DNA of 42,191 nt, taken from positions 1-42,191 of IMG/VR virus record IMGVR_UViG_3300026233_000025; one strand, written 5' to 3'. A program made the translations under genes and the position numbers. This document shows, piece by piece, positions 1-8,963 of this stretch. This stretch comes from a virus (lineage: Duplodnaviria; Caudoviricetes). Within the stretch, counting starts at the first letter, position 1. Each line of letters opens with the position of its first letter. The notes beneath the pieces were generated by a model. It was not told where the DNA came from and did not search any database. It saw nothing but the letters and a program-made list of their open reading frames with translations.

Positions 1-44
1 TCATAACCCACAGGTCGGCGGTTCGATCCCGCCCCCAGCTACCA
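1..44 (+). tRNA. 3' half of a CAT-anticodon tRNA (probably elongator tRNA-Met); integration target, truncated by the window edge
   Basis: T-CAT-AA anticodon loop (CAT 2-4), variable loop AGGTC, T-arm GGCGG-TTCGATC-CCGCC, acceptor strand CCCAGCT, then A-CCA. Met vs Ile2 cannot be fully settled without the 5' half. Confidence 0.85.
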
Positions 45-1623
45 CAGCCCACCTACTTCCTGTTTCGGTGGGCTCCCGACGCAGCGCTTGGGATAAGGTT
101 CCATAGACGACCGCTTCAATCGGCGCGGTCTTGGCCTGCCCTTTCGGATGGATTTCGATCCGGTCGACCAGGGCCCGGGCGCATTGGATCAAGCGACGAT
201 CTGCGGGCGTTTCGGCCTTTGAGGCCTGGGCCAAGTTCGCCTGCAGCTCGCCGACGTAGTCCTTGTATGCATCGGCGGCGTTGGGGTGCAATTCTATCGG
301 CGGCTCGGCGGCGGCCTCGATCGCGGCCAGCTCGCGCTCGACCTCTTCACGCTCGGCGGACAGCGACAACAGCTTGGCCTTCATCTCCCTGGTGGCGACG
401 CCTTCGGCGATAGCGTCGACCAGACGATCGGCGCGGCGGGCGATTTCGGCCAGCTTGGATCGTAGTCCGTCCTCGCGGCCCGAGGAATCGGCCCGGCGCT
501 GCGCCCAGGCGCGGTGATAGGCCCGGACGTAGGCGGCGACGGCTTCCGAACTCAGGAGCTGTTCGCGTAGGCCCGTCAGTGCGGTTTCCTCCAGAACCGA
601 CCGCCGGACCAAGCGCCGATTGGCGCAGAACGACGGGCCCTTCTCTCGATAGCCTGAACAAACCAAGCGGCCGTCGTTGTAGACTGTGTATGAGGCTCCG
701 CATTCCCCGCATTTGACGAGGCCGCTGAACACGCCTGGTCGGCGTGCTGCAGCCGTGGCGGCCCGCCCCTGGCCGGTAGCGCTCAAGCGCTCCTGGGCGG
801 CCGTCCATAGCGGCTCGCTAACGATCCGCAAATGTGGCGCATCGGTGCGGCGCCATTGATCCGCGGGCCGCATGACTGGCGTCCGCCGCCCCGTCGTGGG
901 GTCCTTGCGCATGTCGAGCCGGCCGAACACCTTGACCCCGGCGTACAGCTCGGTTCGCAGGATGCCGTTCGCGCGCTGACGCGACCCGTTGATCGAGCTG
1001 GCGTTCCAGTAGCCGCCGCGCGGGCCGGGGACGCCATCTCGGTTCAGGCGTTCAGCGACCTCGCGGACCGTGTACCCGTCGACATAGAGTTCGAAGATCT
1101 TGACGATCACCGCCGCCTCGGCCGGGACGATCTCAATCGCGCCGCCGGGGTGCGATCGATAGCCGTAGAGGCGCGATCCGGTCGCCAGCCCGCGCTCGGC
1201 GTTCGCCCGCATGCCCCGCGAGGTCTTCTGGCCCAGATTGACCAGGTAGAGCTCGTTCATGAGCCCTTTGAACGCGACGTCGATGATCTGAACCCGGTCT
1301 GTGGTCAGTGTCGCGATGTGGACGCCGAGGTGCCGGAGGCGATTATAGACGTGGGCCTCGTGCTCCAGGTTCCGCGCCAGTCGGTCCTGATCCTCGACGA
1401 GCACCAGGTCGAAGGTCCCGGCCTCGGCCGAGGCGAGGAGCGCCAAGAGGCCCGGCCGGTTCGCCATGGTCGCGCCCGAGATCGCGGCGTCGCTGAACGA
1501 GGCCGTGACCGTCCAGCCTCGCGCCGCGGCATGCCGCCGGCAGGCCTCTTCCTGATCGGCGATGGACCGTTCGTTCTGACGATCCGAGCTATAGCGCGCG
1601 TAAATCGCGACCCGCATGGTCAT
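1..1623 (-). CDS. Large serine recombinase (phage integrase)
   Basis: N-terminal YARYSS catalytic motif, DRLAR, recombinase domain (YGY...), zinc ribbon (GLVKCGECG...C...C), coiled coil; the 3' end runs antisense through the tRNA. Confidence 0.95.
   Translation of the reverse strand: MTMRVAIYARYSSDRQNERSIADQEEACRRHAAARGWTVTASFSDAAISGATMANRPGLLALLASAEAGTFDLVLVEDQDRLARNLEHEAHVYNRLRHLGVHIATLTTDRVQIIDVAFKGLMNELYLVNLGQKTSRGMRANAERGLATGSRLYGYRSHPGGAIEIVPAEAAVIVKIFELYVDGYTVREVAERLNRDGVPGPRGGYWNASSINGSRQRANGILRTELYAGVKVFGRLDMRKDPTTGRRTPVMRPADQWRRTDAPHLRIVSEPLWTAAQERLSATGQGRAATAAARRPGVFSGLVKCGECGASYTVYNDGRLVCSGYREKGPSFCANRRLVRRSVLEETALTGLREQLLSSEAVAAYVRAYHRAWAQRRADSSGREDGLRSKLAEIARRADRLVDAIAEGVATREMKAKLLSLSAEREEVERELAAIEAAAEPPIELHPNAADAYKDYVGELQANLAQASKAETPADRRLIQCARALVDRIEIHPKGQAKTAPIEAVVYGTLSQALRREPTETGSRWAVVAGGGIEPPTCGL
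31..45 (+). repeat. attL core direct repeat GCCCCCAGCTACCAC
   Basis: Identical to 41325..41339; corresponds to the tRNA 3' end. Confidence 0.9.
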
Positions 1624-1778
1624 CCCTGAGGCGTGGGCCTGAATCGCGCGTCATAGTCACGGGCGGCGGCGGCCTCGGCAAGGGCCTCGATCAGGCGCAG
1701 CACGTCAGGATGCAGCGCGCCGCCGCTGGGCGGGCGCTGCTCCTCGTGTGCCGGCTGATGTCGGATCGGCCGAGGCAT
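1620..1778 (-). CDS. 52-aa protein coupled to the integrase start; candidate recombination directionality factor
   Basis: Hand translation MPRPIRHQPAHEEQRPPSGGALHPDVLRLIEALAEAAAARDYDARFRPTPQG; ATGA overlap with the integrase; below the ORF-track cutoff. Confidence 0.6.
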   Translation of the reverse strand: MPRPIRHQPAHEEQRPPSGGALHPDVLRLIEALAEAAAARDYDARFRPTPQG

Positions 1779-1782
1779 GGGC

Positions 1783-1998
1783 TCAGGCGGCGCTGGTCGG
1801 CGAGGCCTGGACGCCTAATGCGCCGCGCAGCAGCTCGAGGCCTGCCCGCGTCTCGCTGATCTCGCGGCGCAGTTGGACGAGCATCGTCGCCCGCTCGGCC
1901 GGCGCCTCGATCAACATGTCCCGGTCGGCCAGGACGTAGCGATAGGTGTCCGACAGGACCCGTATCTCTTCGGCCAGACGAGCGACAGCGTGGTTCAC
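1783..1998 (-). CDS. Hypothetical helical protein
   Basis: GTG start in a GTGA overlap with the upstream gene; continues the operon. Confidence 0.6.
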   Translation of the reverse strand: MNHAVARLAEEIRVLSDTYRYVLADRDMLIEAPAERATMLVQLRREISETRAGLELLRGALGVQASPTSAA

Positions 1999-2546
1999 CG
2001 GCTCGCCTCCTTCCGCTCCAGGGCGGCGAGGGTGTCGGCGCATGCGCGCAGGGTCTCAACTACGCCCTCGTCGAACCCCTTGTCCGGGTCGGCTTGCGCT
2101 TCGTAGTTCTCGTCGTAGTGCTGAGCTATTTGATCGGCAGCGGCCCTCCAGCGCGCCACCAGTGCAGCAAGGGGCGGCCTGGGCTGATGTTGCGGGGCGG
2201 TTTCAGGCTGGTTCCAAATCTGCGGGGACGGGATCGGCTCGCCTTCCGGCAACGGCTCGCCGTCGAGGGTGTAGCCGTCCCGCTCAGGGCCGCAGCAAGC
2301 GGCATGAATGTTTTCGCCGCTGGCATCTGGATAGTAGCGATCGCCAGTTACGAATGGCTTTTGGCATGCGATGCAGCGTTCGACGAACTCTTCGTCCTGC
2401 GGGGCGGCTGGCGCGAGAAGGGCAAGGATGGCTTGCTCTGCATGGGCATAGCTCTCCTCGATATTGTCTTGACCAGCGCCATAGTAGTTGTGCTCGTGAA
2501 AATCGATAATCGCCTTGGCAAGCGATTTCACCCGTTGGTCGGTCAT
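1995..2546 (-). CDS. Hypothetical protein with CxxC...HxxCC possible Zn site
   Basis: 183-aa ORF with 4-bp overlaps on both sides. Confidence 0.7.
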   Translation of the reverse strand: MTDQRVKSLAKAIIDFHEHNYYGAGQDNIEESYAHAEQAILALLAPAAPQDEEFVERCIACQKPFVTGDRYYPDASGENIHAACCGPERDGYTLDGEPLPEGEPIPSPQIWNQPETAPQHQPRPPLAALVARWRAAADQIAQHYDENYEAQADPDKGFDEGVVETLRACADTLAALERKEASR

Positions 2547-2989
2547 TGGCGCGTCTCCAACGCCTCGATCACACAGATCGGGCCTTCAGCCTCGAAGCGG
2601 ACCCGAATGTCCTCGCCGTACTTAACGCAGGCGAACCACACAGGATCGTCGCCGGAACAATCGGCTAGGCCGTCTGCCGCGTTCTCCAGATCATCGCCGG
2701 AGAAGCCCGCGTCCCACCCGGTCGAACCTTCGTAGTGGCGCAGGAAGAAGTGATCGGTCTCCGAGGGAGGCTGTTCAGCCCATTTCCATCGGCCATCGAC
2801 GTAGTCGGCTCGGCAGTCGCAGAGGACCGTCATCGTCGAGGCGGCGAAGCGTTGGCCGTCCTGGGCGGCCTCGGCTCGGCCCCAGATAGGGTCCGGCTTG
2901 GCGAGCCATTCCGCCCACGCTTCTAGCGTCGGAAGACACGGCATTGTCTCGTCGGTGAAATCGTCAAGGTAGTAGAGGGTATCGGTCAT
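2543..2989 (-). CDS. Hypothetical acidic phage protein
   Basis: 148-aa ORF with ATGA overlaps. Confidence 0.7.
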   Translation of the reverse strand: MTDTLYYLDDFTDETMPCLPTLEAWAEWLAKPDPIWGRAEAAQDGQRFAASTMTVLCDCRADYVDGRWKWAEQPPSETDHFFLRHYEGSTGWDAGFSGDDLENAADGLADCSGDDPVWFACVKYGEDIRVRFEAEGPICVIEALETRQ

Positions 2990-3477
2990 GGGCGGGGCTC
3001 CGGAAAGTCTTCAGGGCAAAGCGTCTCGCCGGGCTCAAGGGCCGAGACGGCCCCCTCACGCGTCAGCCAGTAGAAGTCAGAGCCGCCGAACGGCAGCGTC
3101 TCGCCTGAGCGCTTCTTCGCCAGGCCGGCGGTGACGAGTCGGTCCCACGCGTGGCCATCGCCGCCAGGACCGGTCACGAACCTATTGCGGTAGCTTCGGG
3201 GCAGGTCGTTCGGCAGGCCGAGGGCGTGGCGAGCGAGCTCGCGCAAGTCGTCGGTCATTGCAGGGTGCCGAGGTGCACGCGGCGGCATCGGCAGGGTGCG
3301 AACCTTCGTGATCTTGAGGAAGTCGCGAAACGCAATGTCCCAAACCTCCGACCAGGCCAAGAAGCGGTCATATCGCGCTTCAGACGCCGTCTTGGCCTGG
3401 ACCAGCCGGGGCTCATAGTCGGCGATGGTCACTTCGAAGAGGCGAAGGGGGCGGCCGGCGGCGGCGATCTCACCCAT
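2986..3477 (-). CDS. Hypothetical protein, C-terminal winged-helix-like part
   Basis: 163-aa ORF; YRNRF...WDRLVTAGLA...FYWLTREG. Confidence 0.7.
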   Translation of the reverse strand: MGEIAAAGRPLRLFEVTIADYEPRLVQAKTASEARYDRFLAWSEVWDIAFRDFLKITKVRTLPMPPRAPRHPAMTDDLRELARHALGLPNDLPRSYRNRFVTGPGGDGHAWDRLVTAGLAKKRSGETLPFGGSDFYWLTREGAVSALEPGETLCPEDFPEPRP

Positions 3478-3898
3478 CGGCCCGGCCCTCCGCTTTCAGG
3501 GCGGCGCGGGGCTCATGCGACAAGCCTTCCAGCCACATCAGTAGGAAGTGCTTCTTGGCGTTCCGCCGCCGCTCCACCCGGTCATAGTCGAGCGGGTCTT
3601 TCGGGACGTCGCAGAAGGCTCGCGATAATGGCCACGTCGAGAACTGTCCCCACGCGACGCCCGACATGGTCAGGCCGGTGAGCGCGGCCACGTCCGCGAT
3701 TTCGTCTTCGAGGTGGGCACGGTTCGGCCGGCCATCATCCGGGTGAATGCCGTCCAAGCCTTGGATGGTGATGCGCGAGCAGATCGCGGCGAGTTCGTTG
3801 CACTCTTCCGCCAGCTTGCCGAGCATCGCTAGCACGCGGGGCCGACTCTCGGGTTGCCAGGGCTGCGGCGCCCGGGCGGGGATATCCTCGTCCCTCAT
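3470..3898 (-). CDS. MazG-like all-alpha NTP pyrophosphatase-fold protein
   Basis: KLAEECNEL...LEDEIADV matches the EExxE...ExxD pattern. Confidence 0.65.
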   Translation of the reverse strand: MRDEDIPARAPQPWQPESRPRVLAMLGKLAEECNELAAICSRITIQGLDGIHPDDGRPNRAHLEDEIADVAALTGLTMSGVAWGQFSTWPLSRAFCDVPKDPLDYDRVERRRNAKKHFLLMWLEGLSHEPRAALKAEGRADG

Positions 3899-4143
3899 CG
3901 ATCGCCTCCCTCGTTCAGGGCGGCGCGGCCGGCGGGGGTCAGTTCGTAGCCCGGCCCCTCCTCGTGGTGGAAAGGGGCCAACAGTTGCCGCCCTGCCAAC
4001 GCCTCGCAGATCCGCACCTCGAACACGTCATGCGGAATGAACACCACGTCGTGGTTGCCGTCGGCGAACCGGCGAAGGATGCGCTGTTGGCCTGGGCGTA
4101 GGTCGCTCATATCCGCCGTCAGCTTGGGCTTGCTCTCAGGCAT
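3895..4143 (-). CDS. Small winged-helix-like hypothetical protein
   Basis: 82 aa; ICEALAGRQLL...YELTPAGRAAL; overlaps its neighbours. Confidence 0.65.
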   Translation of the reverse strand: MPESKPKLTADMSDLRPGQQRILRRFADGNHDVVFIPHDVFEVRICEALAGRQLLAPFHHEEGPGYELTPAGRAALNEGGDR

Positions 4144-4375
4144 GGGTAGGAGCCCTCCGGGGGTCGCCGGAGCGATCTTCTCTGGCGGCCTCCTCCATCT
4201 CGTGGCGAGCGCCGCCGATCACCTGGGCCAGCTCGCGCCAGATCCGCGGGGGATGGTCGCTAAAGCCCAGGGCCGCGCAGACCAGGGCGTCCAAGATGGC
4301 CAGCTCGTCATAGGTGACCGCCAGAACGGTCTCGTCTTCGCCGGCGTCGCCGGCCAACATCAGGGCGCGCCGCAT
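4136..4375 (-). CDS. Hypothetical protein
   Basis: 79-aa ORF filling the operon gap. Confidence 0.55.
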   Translation of the reverse strand: MRRALMLAGDAGEDETVLAVTYDELAILDALVCAALGFSDHPPRIWRELAQVIGGARHEMEEAAREDRSGDPRRAPTHA

Positions 4376-4378
4376 CGT

Positions 4379-4855
4379 TCAGGCCTCGACCAAAGCGGCG
4401 ATGACGTGGCCGATGGCGCGGCGCTGGTCGGGCCGCAGGGCGGCGAGGCGGATCGCCTCGGGAACGGCGTTGATCGCCTCGATGGCGCGGGCGCGCAGCT
4501 CGACCATGGTCGGGTCAAGGTCGGCCTCGTCCGGATAGTCGGCGAACAAGTCGCCGATCCCGACATGGAGACGACGGGCGATCTGATACAGTTTCGACGC
4601 CGAGATCCGATTGACGCCGGCCTCGTATTTCTGGACCTGCTGGAACGTCAGGCCGATCGCGTCGGCCAACATCTCTTGCGACAGGCCCTGAGCGCGACGG
4701 AACGCGCGCACCTTGGCGCCGACGTGCAGGTCGATTCCCTTTTCTGGAGATCCGGCTTTGCCGGCGGTCGGCCCGATGCCGACCAGTTCCCGCCACGTGC
4801 GCCGTTGGTGCTCGTAGCGAAGCTGCTTGCGTTGGTTGACGGTGAGCGAGGCCAT
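4379..4855 (-). CDS. XRE-family HTH transcriptional regulator
   Basis: [47 protein letters not shown]; TGATG overlap with the ParB-like gene. Confidence 0.9.
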   Translation of the reverse strand: MASLTVNQRKQLRYEHQRRTWRELVGIGPTAGKAGSPEKGIDLHVGAKVRAFRRAQGLSQEMLADAIGLTFQQVQKYEAGVNRISASKLYQIARRLHVGIGDLFADYPDEADLDPTMVELRARAIEAINAVPEAIRLAALRPDQRRAIGHVIAALVEA

Positions 4856-7107
4856 CAGTCGTCCCTTTCGAGATCGGCATGCGCCGGCGCGTACTCAGGG
4901 CTGTCCCGCTCCAGCCGGCGGCGCATGCTCCGCAGGTCGGCGCCGGCGCGGTGAAGCGCCGACGACAGTTCGCCGCTGACCGCGCGCAGGTCGCCGTTGC
5001 GGGCGGCCATCGCCGCCACCTCGGCCAGGAGGCCGGCGAGGTCGTTGTTCAGCAACTGCAGGATCGCGCGGTCGGCCATGTCCCATGGGCGGTCGGCATG
5101 GGCGGGACGATTGGCGCGGCGCTTGTGCGCCCTCGCCCGCATGACGTCCGACAGAGCGTCCACCGCGCGATCGTCGGCCAGGAACTGCGGATCGGTCGAG
5201 GCTGGCGGAGCCTCTGCGGCCGGCTCGGCTGGTTCAGGCTCACTCGGCCGTTGGGGTGTCGGCTGCGACGGCGAAGGGTCGTTGATCCAGGGCGTGACGT
5301 AAGTCCCGCCGTCAGCCGGGCCGTCGAACTCGACGCAGACCTGGGCGTTGGCGACGACCGCCGCATTGACGCCGCTCGGCAGCTCCTGGGCCAACCAGTC
5401 CCAGGCCGCCTGGGTCAGCACGCCGAGGAAGCCGGTTCCGCTGGGCGCCTGGACCCAACTGACCAGGCGCAGGTTCACCAGCTCTCTCGCCATGGGGTCG
5501 CGGAAATAGTCCGCTACCCGCGCCCCGCGGATGGCGCCGCCGCGAGCTTCGACGCCGCTTGTCTCGGTCTTATGGGCGAGCTCAATGACGGCGAGCCGTT
5601 GCGGGGGCGTGAGCGCCAGCGGCGCGGCGGTCGCGGGGGGCGAACGGCGTTCGTCGTCAGCGGCGGGCGTGGCGGGCCGCAGGGCCTCGATATGATGCTC
5701 GCCGGCCTCGAGGTTCACCTCGCGGACCTGCTGGGCGAAGCTGTCGCGCGGCGGCTGGGGCGGCGGGTCCCAGCGCACCGCCGATGTCGCCGCGGGCTCG
5801 GCGGCGGCCGGCGACCGCGGCGGCGGCGGGTTGAGGAAAGCGGTCGCCCAGCGGGCGCTTTCGCCGGCCAGCCTCGCGCCCATGGCGCCGAGCGCCGTCT
5901 CGCGCACGGCTTGCACCATCGCCTCGCGATCGTCGCCGAACCCCTGATCGTCCAGCCAGGCCTGGGCCACGCTCGTGATCGCGCCGAAGACGCCATGGTC
6001 GACGTCGCGGACGCATCGGGCCAAGCCAAGATCCTCGGCCTGGGCCCAGTAGCCGCCGCCGGGCGGGGCCGATATCCGGGTCCATTCGTCCGGCGGCTCG
6101 ACGGCGTCGGGCCGGTGGGCGCCGACGTCGAGAGGTTCGAGGGCGACCTTGGCGGCGAGCTCGACCACCAGCATGGCGAGGCGTGGGCTGGCGGCCAGGG
6201 CGGTCACATGGCGCGGGGTCTTGACCGTGTCGCGCAGGGCCTCCCAACTGAAGACGCCGGGCTGGCCGGCGGCCTTGGCCCGCTCGCTTTCGCGAAATTG
6301 CTCCTTGTCCGCCTCTGTCGCCTCGGCGGCGACCTTCATGGCGATCTGGACGAAGCGGGGCGTCTTGCCGATGGCGGCGGCGATCTCGGCCGTGGTGCGG
6401 CCGAGGCGGCGGTGCAGCTTTAGGAACTGCTCGCCGGCCTCCAGGTTCGACAGGTCGGAGCGCTGGAGGTTCTCGATCAGCCCGGCCTCCATGATGGCCA
6501 GATCGTCGCCCGCCTCCACCCGGCAGAGCTCGACGTGGTCGGCGGTCCATTCGCCGCGCTGGATCAGCAAGCCCCAGGCGCGCCAGCGGCGTTCGCCGAA
6601 GGCGAGGATATGGAGGCCGTGAGGTCCGGCCGGGCGGACGCCGGGCGGTTGCTTGAGGCCGTGCTCGCGGATGGTCGCGGCGAGGCCTTCGATCTGGACT
6701 TGCTCCAGCCCCGAAAACTCGCGGGCGTTCTCCGGGTCGGGCGTAATCTCATCGTGCCGCAGGAGCGCGAAGCCCGCGGGGATCTCGGCCGAGGCCGTCC
6801 GCTCGCCGGAGAGGATTTCCAGGCGGGCGAGCATGTCCGCGCCCTCGGGGGTCAGTTCAATCGGATCGGAGGTGACCAATCCATCGGCCGCCAGCTTGGC
6901 GAGCGACTTGCGGATGTTCGACGGGTCCTTCCCGGTCTCGTTGGCGAGGGCGACGACCCCGACCGGCCAGACGCCGCGATCCGTCTTCCCGATCTCGGCG
7001 AGATGGGCGATGGCGCGAAGGAGGGTCGAGTTCTGCGTCGCGAGGATCTGGCGATCCTGGCCGTGGATGGCGGGCGACGGCGCATGGGCGTTCATCGGGG
7101 TTTCCAT
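4855..7107 (-). CDS. ParB/RepB/Spo0J-family multidomain protein (750 aa)
   Basis: PDPENAR...IREHGLKQP...GERRWRA (arginine patch), [11 protein letters not shown] ([15 protein letters not shown]); extra N-terminal wHTH-like segment and long C-terminal extension. Confidence 0.9.
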   Translation of the reverse strand: METPMNAHAPSPAIHGQDRQILATQNSTLLRAIAHLAEIGKTDRGVWPVGVVALANETGKDPSNIRKSLAKLAADGLVTSDPIELTPEGADMLARLEILSGERTASAEIPAGFALLRHDEITPDPENAREFSGLEQVQIEGLAATIREHGLKQPPGVRPAGPHGLHILAFGERRWRAWGLLIQRGEWTADHVELCRVEAGDDLAIMEAGLIENLQRSDLSNLEAGEQFLKLHRRLGRTTAEIAAAIGKTPRFVQIAMKVAAEATEADKEQFRESERAKAAGQPGVFSWEALRDTVKTPRHVTALAASPRLAMLVVELAAKVALEPLDVGAHRPDAVEPPDEWTRISAPPGGGYWAQAEDLGLARCVRDVDHGVFGAITSVAQAWLDDQGFGDDREAMVQAVRETALGAMGARLAGESARWATAFLNPPPPRSPAAAEPAATSAVRWDPPPQPPRDSFAQQVREVNLEAGEHHIEALRPATPAADDERRSPPATAAPLALTPPQRLAVIELAHKTETSGVEARGGAIRGARVADYFRDPMARELVNLRLVSWVQAPSGTGFLGVLTQAAWDWLAQELPSGVNAAVVANAQVCVEFDGPADGGTYVTPWINDPSPSQPTPQRPSEPEPAEPAAEAPPASTDPQFLADDRAVDALSDVMRARAHKRRANRPAHADRPWDMADRAILQLLNNDLAGLLAEVAAMAARNGDLRAVSGELSSALHRAGADLRSMRRRLERDSPEYAPAHADLERDD
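5640..5654. repeat. Dispersed palindrome copy 1 (GCGAACGGCGTTCGT)
   Basis: Exact 13-bp core; inside the ParB-like gene. Confidence 0.75.
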
Positions 7108-7113
7108 GTTGGG

Positions 7114-7302
7114 CTAGACGGGGGCGAAGCGATGGGGGCGAAACAGGCCCTGATGGCGGTCGACCATCACGAGCCCCGTGGTCGTACAGCGGGTGACCTG
7201 GAGCAGGTCGCCCACTTCGAACGGCGGCTTCTGCTTCCCCGGCAGGCGCAGGTCGGTGAGGTCGACGACCCTGACGGTCGCTCCAGCGCGAAAGGGCGTC
7301 AT
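7114..7302 (-). CDS. Small hypothetical protein (possibly SH3/KOW-like)
   Basis: MTPFRAGATVRVVD...FRPHRFAPV; ATGA overlap with the upstream gene; start re-called from the track ORF. Confidence 0.6.
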   Translation of the reverse strand: MTPFRAGATVRVVDLTDLRLPGKQKPPFEVGDLLQVTRCTTTGLVMVDRHQGLFRPHRFAPV

Positions 7303-7670
7303 GGGCGCCATCCTTGGCTGGCGAGCTGGGCGAGCGCCTCGCGCGCCTCGGGCGCGGTCAGGCCGCAAGCGACGATGGCGAGGGGCTGGATCGAGCCGGG
7401 CTGAAGCTCCGGCGGCGCCGTGGCGGCCATTCGGCCAAAGAACAGCACCTCGCCCACGTCCGAGCGTTCGACGCGAACGCCGTTCGGGAACCGCTCCAGG
7501 CGACCGAGCAGCGTGGTCGCCGCCTGGGCGGGGGTGACGTTCCACAGGCAAAGCCAGCGGCGGCTGTCGGCGATCGGCGCATCGCCGACGCGGGGCGCGA
7601 ACGGGGTCAGGTTGATCGACACGTCGCGGCGCGCAGCCGCCGGCGGCGAGGCGGTTCGGGCGGCCCTCAC
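7299..7670 (-). CDS. Hypothetical protein
   Basis: C-terminal part of track ORF 7299..7796; GTG start chosen from the GTGA overlap (start uncertain). Confidence 0.55.
   Translation of the reverse strand: MRAARTASPPAAARRDVSINLTPFAPRVGDAPIADSRRWLCLWNVTPAQAATTLLGRLERFPNGVRVERSDVGEVLFFGRMAATAPPELQPGSIQPLAIVACGLTAPEAREALAQLASQGWRP
7473..7487. repeat. Dispersed palindrome copy 2 (GCGAACGCCGTTCGG)
   Basis: Exact 13-bp core; left operon. Confidence 0.75.
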
Positions 7671-7888
7671 CGGCGGCGGCTCCCGCGCTTGGGCTGCCAT
7701 CGCACAAGGGGGATCGCCGGCAGCGCCGCGACCTGCGCACGCTCCGCCCTGGCGGCCGGCAGGCAGACGAGGAGCAGGCCGACGACGACGGCCCACCGCG
7801 CCACCCGGCGACCGAGCGGCTCAACGACGCGCCCGCGCCTAGCGCACCAGGTCAACGGGCCGCTGTTCGGGATGTAGATCTCGGTCAA
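7667..7888 (-). CDS. Small membrane-anchored protein, first gene of the leftward operon
   Basis: TTG start preceded by GGAGG; one hydrophobic stretch. Confidence 0.5.
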   Translation of the reverse strand: MTEIYIPNSGPLTWCARRGRVVEPLGRRVARWAVVVGLLLVCLPAARAERAQVAALPAIPLVRWQPKRGSRRR

Positions 7889-7928
7889 TCCAAGGCCTCC
7901 GGTTCCGTGGAACGCACCTACCGGACCG

Positions 7929-7959
7929 GATGTAGCGGACTATTCGTCCTTCTTGTCAA
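7929..7959 (-). promoter_or_regulatory. Leftward early promoter (pL-like) with palindrome GGACTATTCGTCC in the spacer (candidate CI operator)
   Basis: Minus strand TTGACA-N17-GCTACATC resembles the Caulobacter housekeeping promoter (-10 GCTANAWC); palindrome at 7937..7949; tandem CGACAYATTCGC at 7969..7992. Confidence 0.6.
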
Positions 7960-8078
7960 CAATCATAGCGACACATTCGCCGACATATTCGCGGACTTTA
8001 ACGGACCAATGGGCGCGTTGCATCGGAGGCGGACACACGCGAAGGTTCTCTATTCATTGAAGAAAATGGGGACCCAAG

Positions 8079-8363
8079 GTGCCAGAGCCGACTTCATTGG
8101 CGAAACGCGTCAGACTGGCGGAGATCGTTGGATATGGGGTCGCCGCGATAGCGGTAGGCTTCGTCGCGCTGCTGATCATTGGCAGCGTCGTCCCGCCAGA
8201 AACCGGCGAGCAGAAGCTCGCACGCATCAAGGCCGCCTGCGAGAGGGAGTTCGGCGCAGCAAACGTCGAGGCGGTTAGTAGCTGTCAGGTCGCGATAGCG
8301 GTTAGAACGCTATCTGCCGCCGAAGATAGGAAATTGAAGAATGCTTTTGATGCGTCCCGGTAG
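8079..8363 (+). CDS. Small single-pass membrane protein (possible superinfection-exclusion or accessory gene)
   Basis: 94 aa, N-terminal TM helix, two Cys; convergent with and abutting cI; AT-richer. Confidence 0.6.
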   Translation: MPEPTSLAKRVRLAEIVGYGVAAIAVGFVALLIIGSVVPPETGEQKLARIKAACEREFGAANVEAVSSCQVAIAVRTLSAAEDRKLKNAFDASR

Positions 8364-8963
8364 TCATAACGGGAATATTGCATGCAGCGCCTTGACGCTC
8401 GAAGCATCGTACCGGATTTCCTTTTCAGGATTATACTGAAAGACGAATATATGACCGTCCTTCTGCCGGCGGTATGTTTTAAGAACGCCAGAGCCGTCGT
8501 TGAATTCAATCACAACGTCCTGGTCTTTACCGGGCGGAACGTTACGCTGTGCTAGCTTGCGCTCCCCAGCCCAGATGCGCGGCTCCATGCTGCTTCCAAA
8601 CGCGCGCACCACGAAATACTCGCCCCGCAAACGCATGCCCATTGGCAGCTCGATCGAGTCGAGGATGCGTCCCTCATTGATTGCGAAGCGGTCTCCGTCA
8701 GATCCCGCCGCGTAACCGTACTCGGGGACCCGCATCGCGCCCTCGGCGCTATCCAGGCGCTCCACCGGCTCCGCGGCTTGTCCCGATAAGAAGCGATCAA
8801 TGATCTGCGCTTGGCGCGTGTCGGGAAACGCTCCCGGCTTGCGGAGGGTTCGCGCCAATTGGCTACGATCCATTCCCATAGCCTTAGCCAGGGCGCTTCG
8901 CGCACCCCGCCCCATCTCGTCCACCCGACGAGAAACTGCCCGCCAATCAAGGGGTTCGTCCAT
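8364..8963 (-). CDS. CI-like repressor (HTH plus S24 autopeptidase)
   Basis: HTH (RSALAKAMGMDRSQLARTL), YAAG cleavage region, GSSMEP catalytic Ser, VLKTY Lys; ATG 8963 preferred over the track's TTG 9029. Confidence 0.9.
   Translation of the reverse strand: MDEPLDWRAVSRRVDEMGRGARSALAKAMGMDRSQLARTLRKPGAFPDTRQAQIIDRFLSGQAAEPVERLDSAEGAMRVPEYGYAAGSDGDRFAINEGRILDSIELPMGMRLRGEYFVVRAFGSSMEPRIWAGERKLAQRNVPPGKDQDVVIEFNDGSGVLKTYRRQKDGHIFVFQYNPEKEIRYDASSVKALHAIFPL

Noticed and set aside
4855-7107. Classical parABS plasmid-prophage partition locus
   Set aside because: No ParA ATPase gene seen, sites are dispersed rather than clustered, and the element is integrated.
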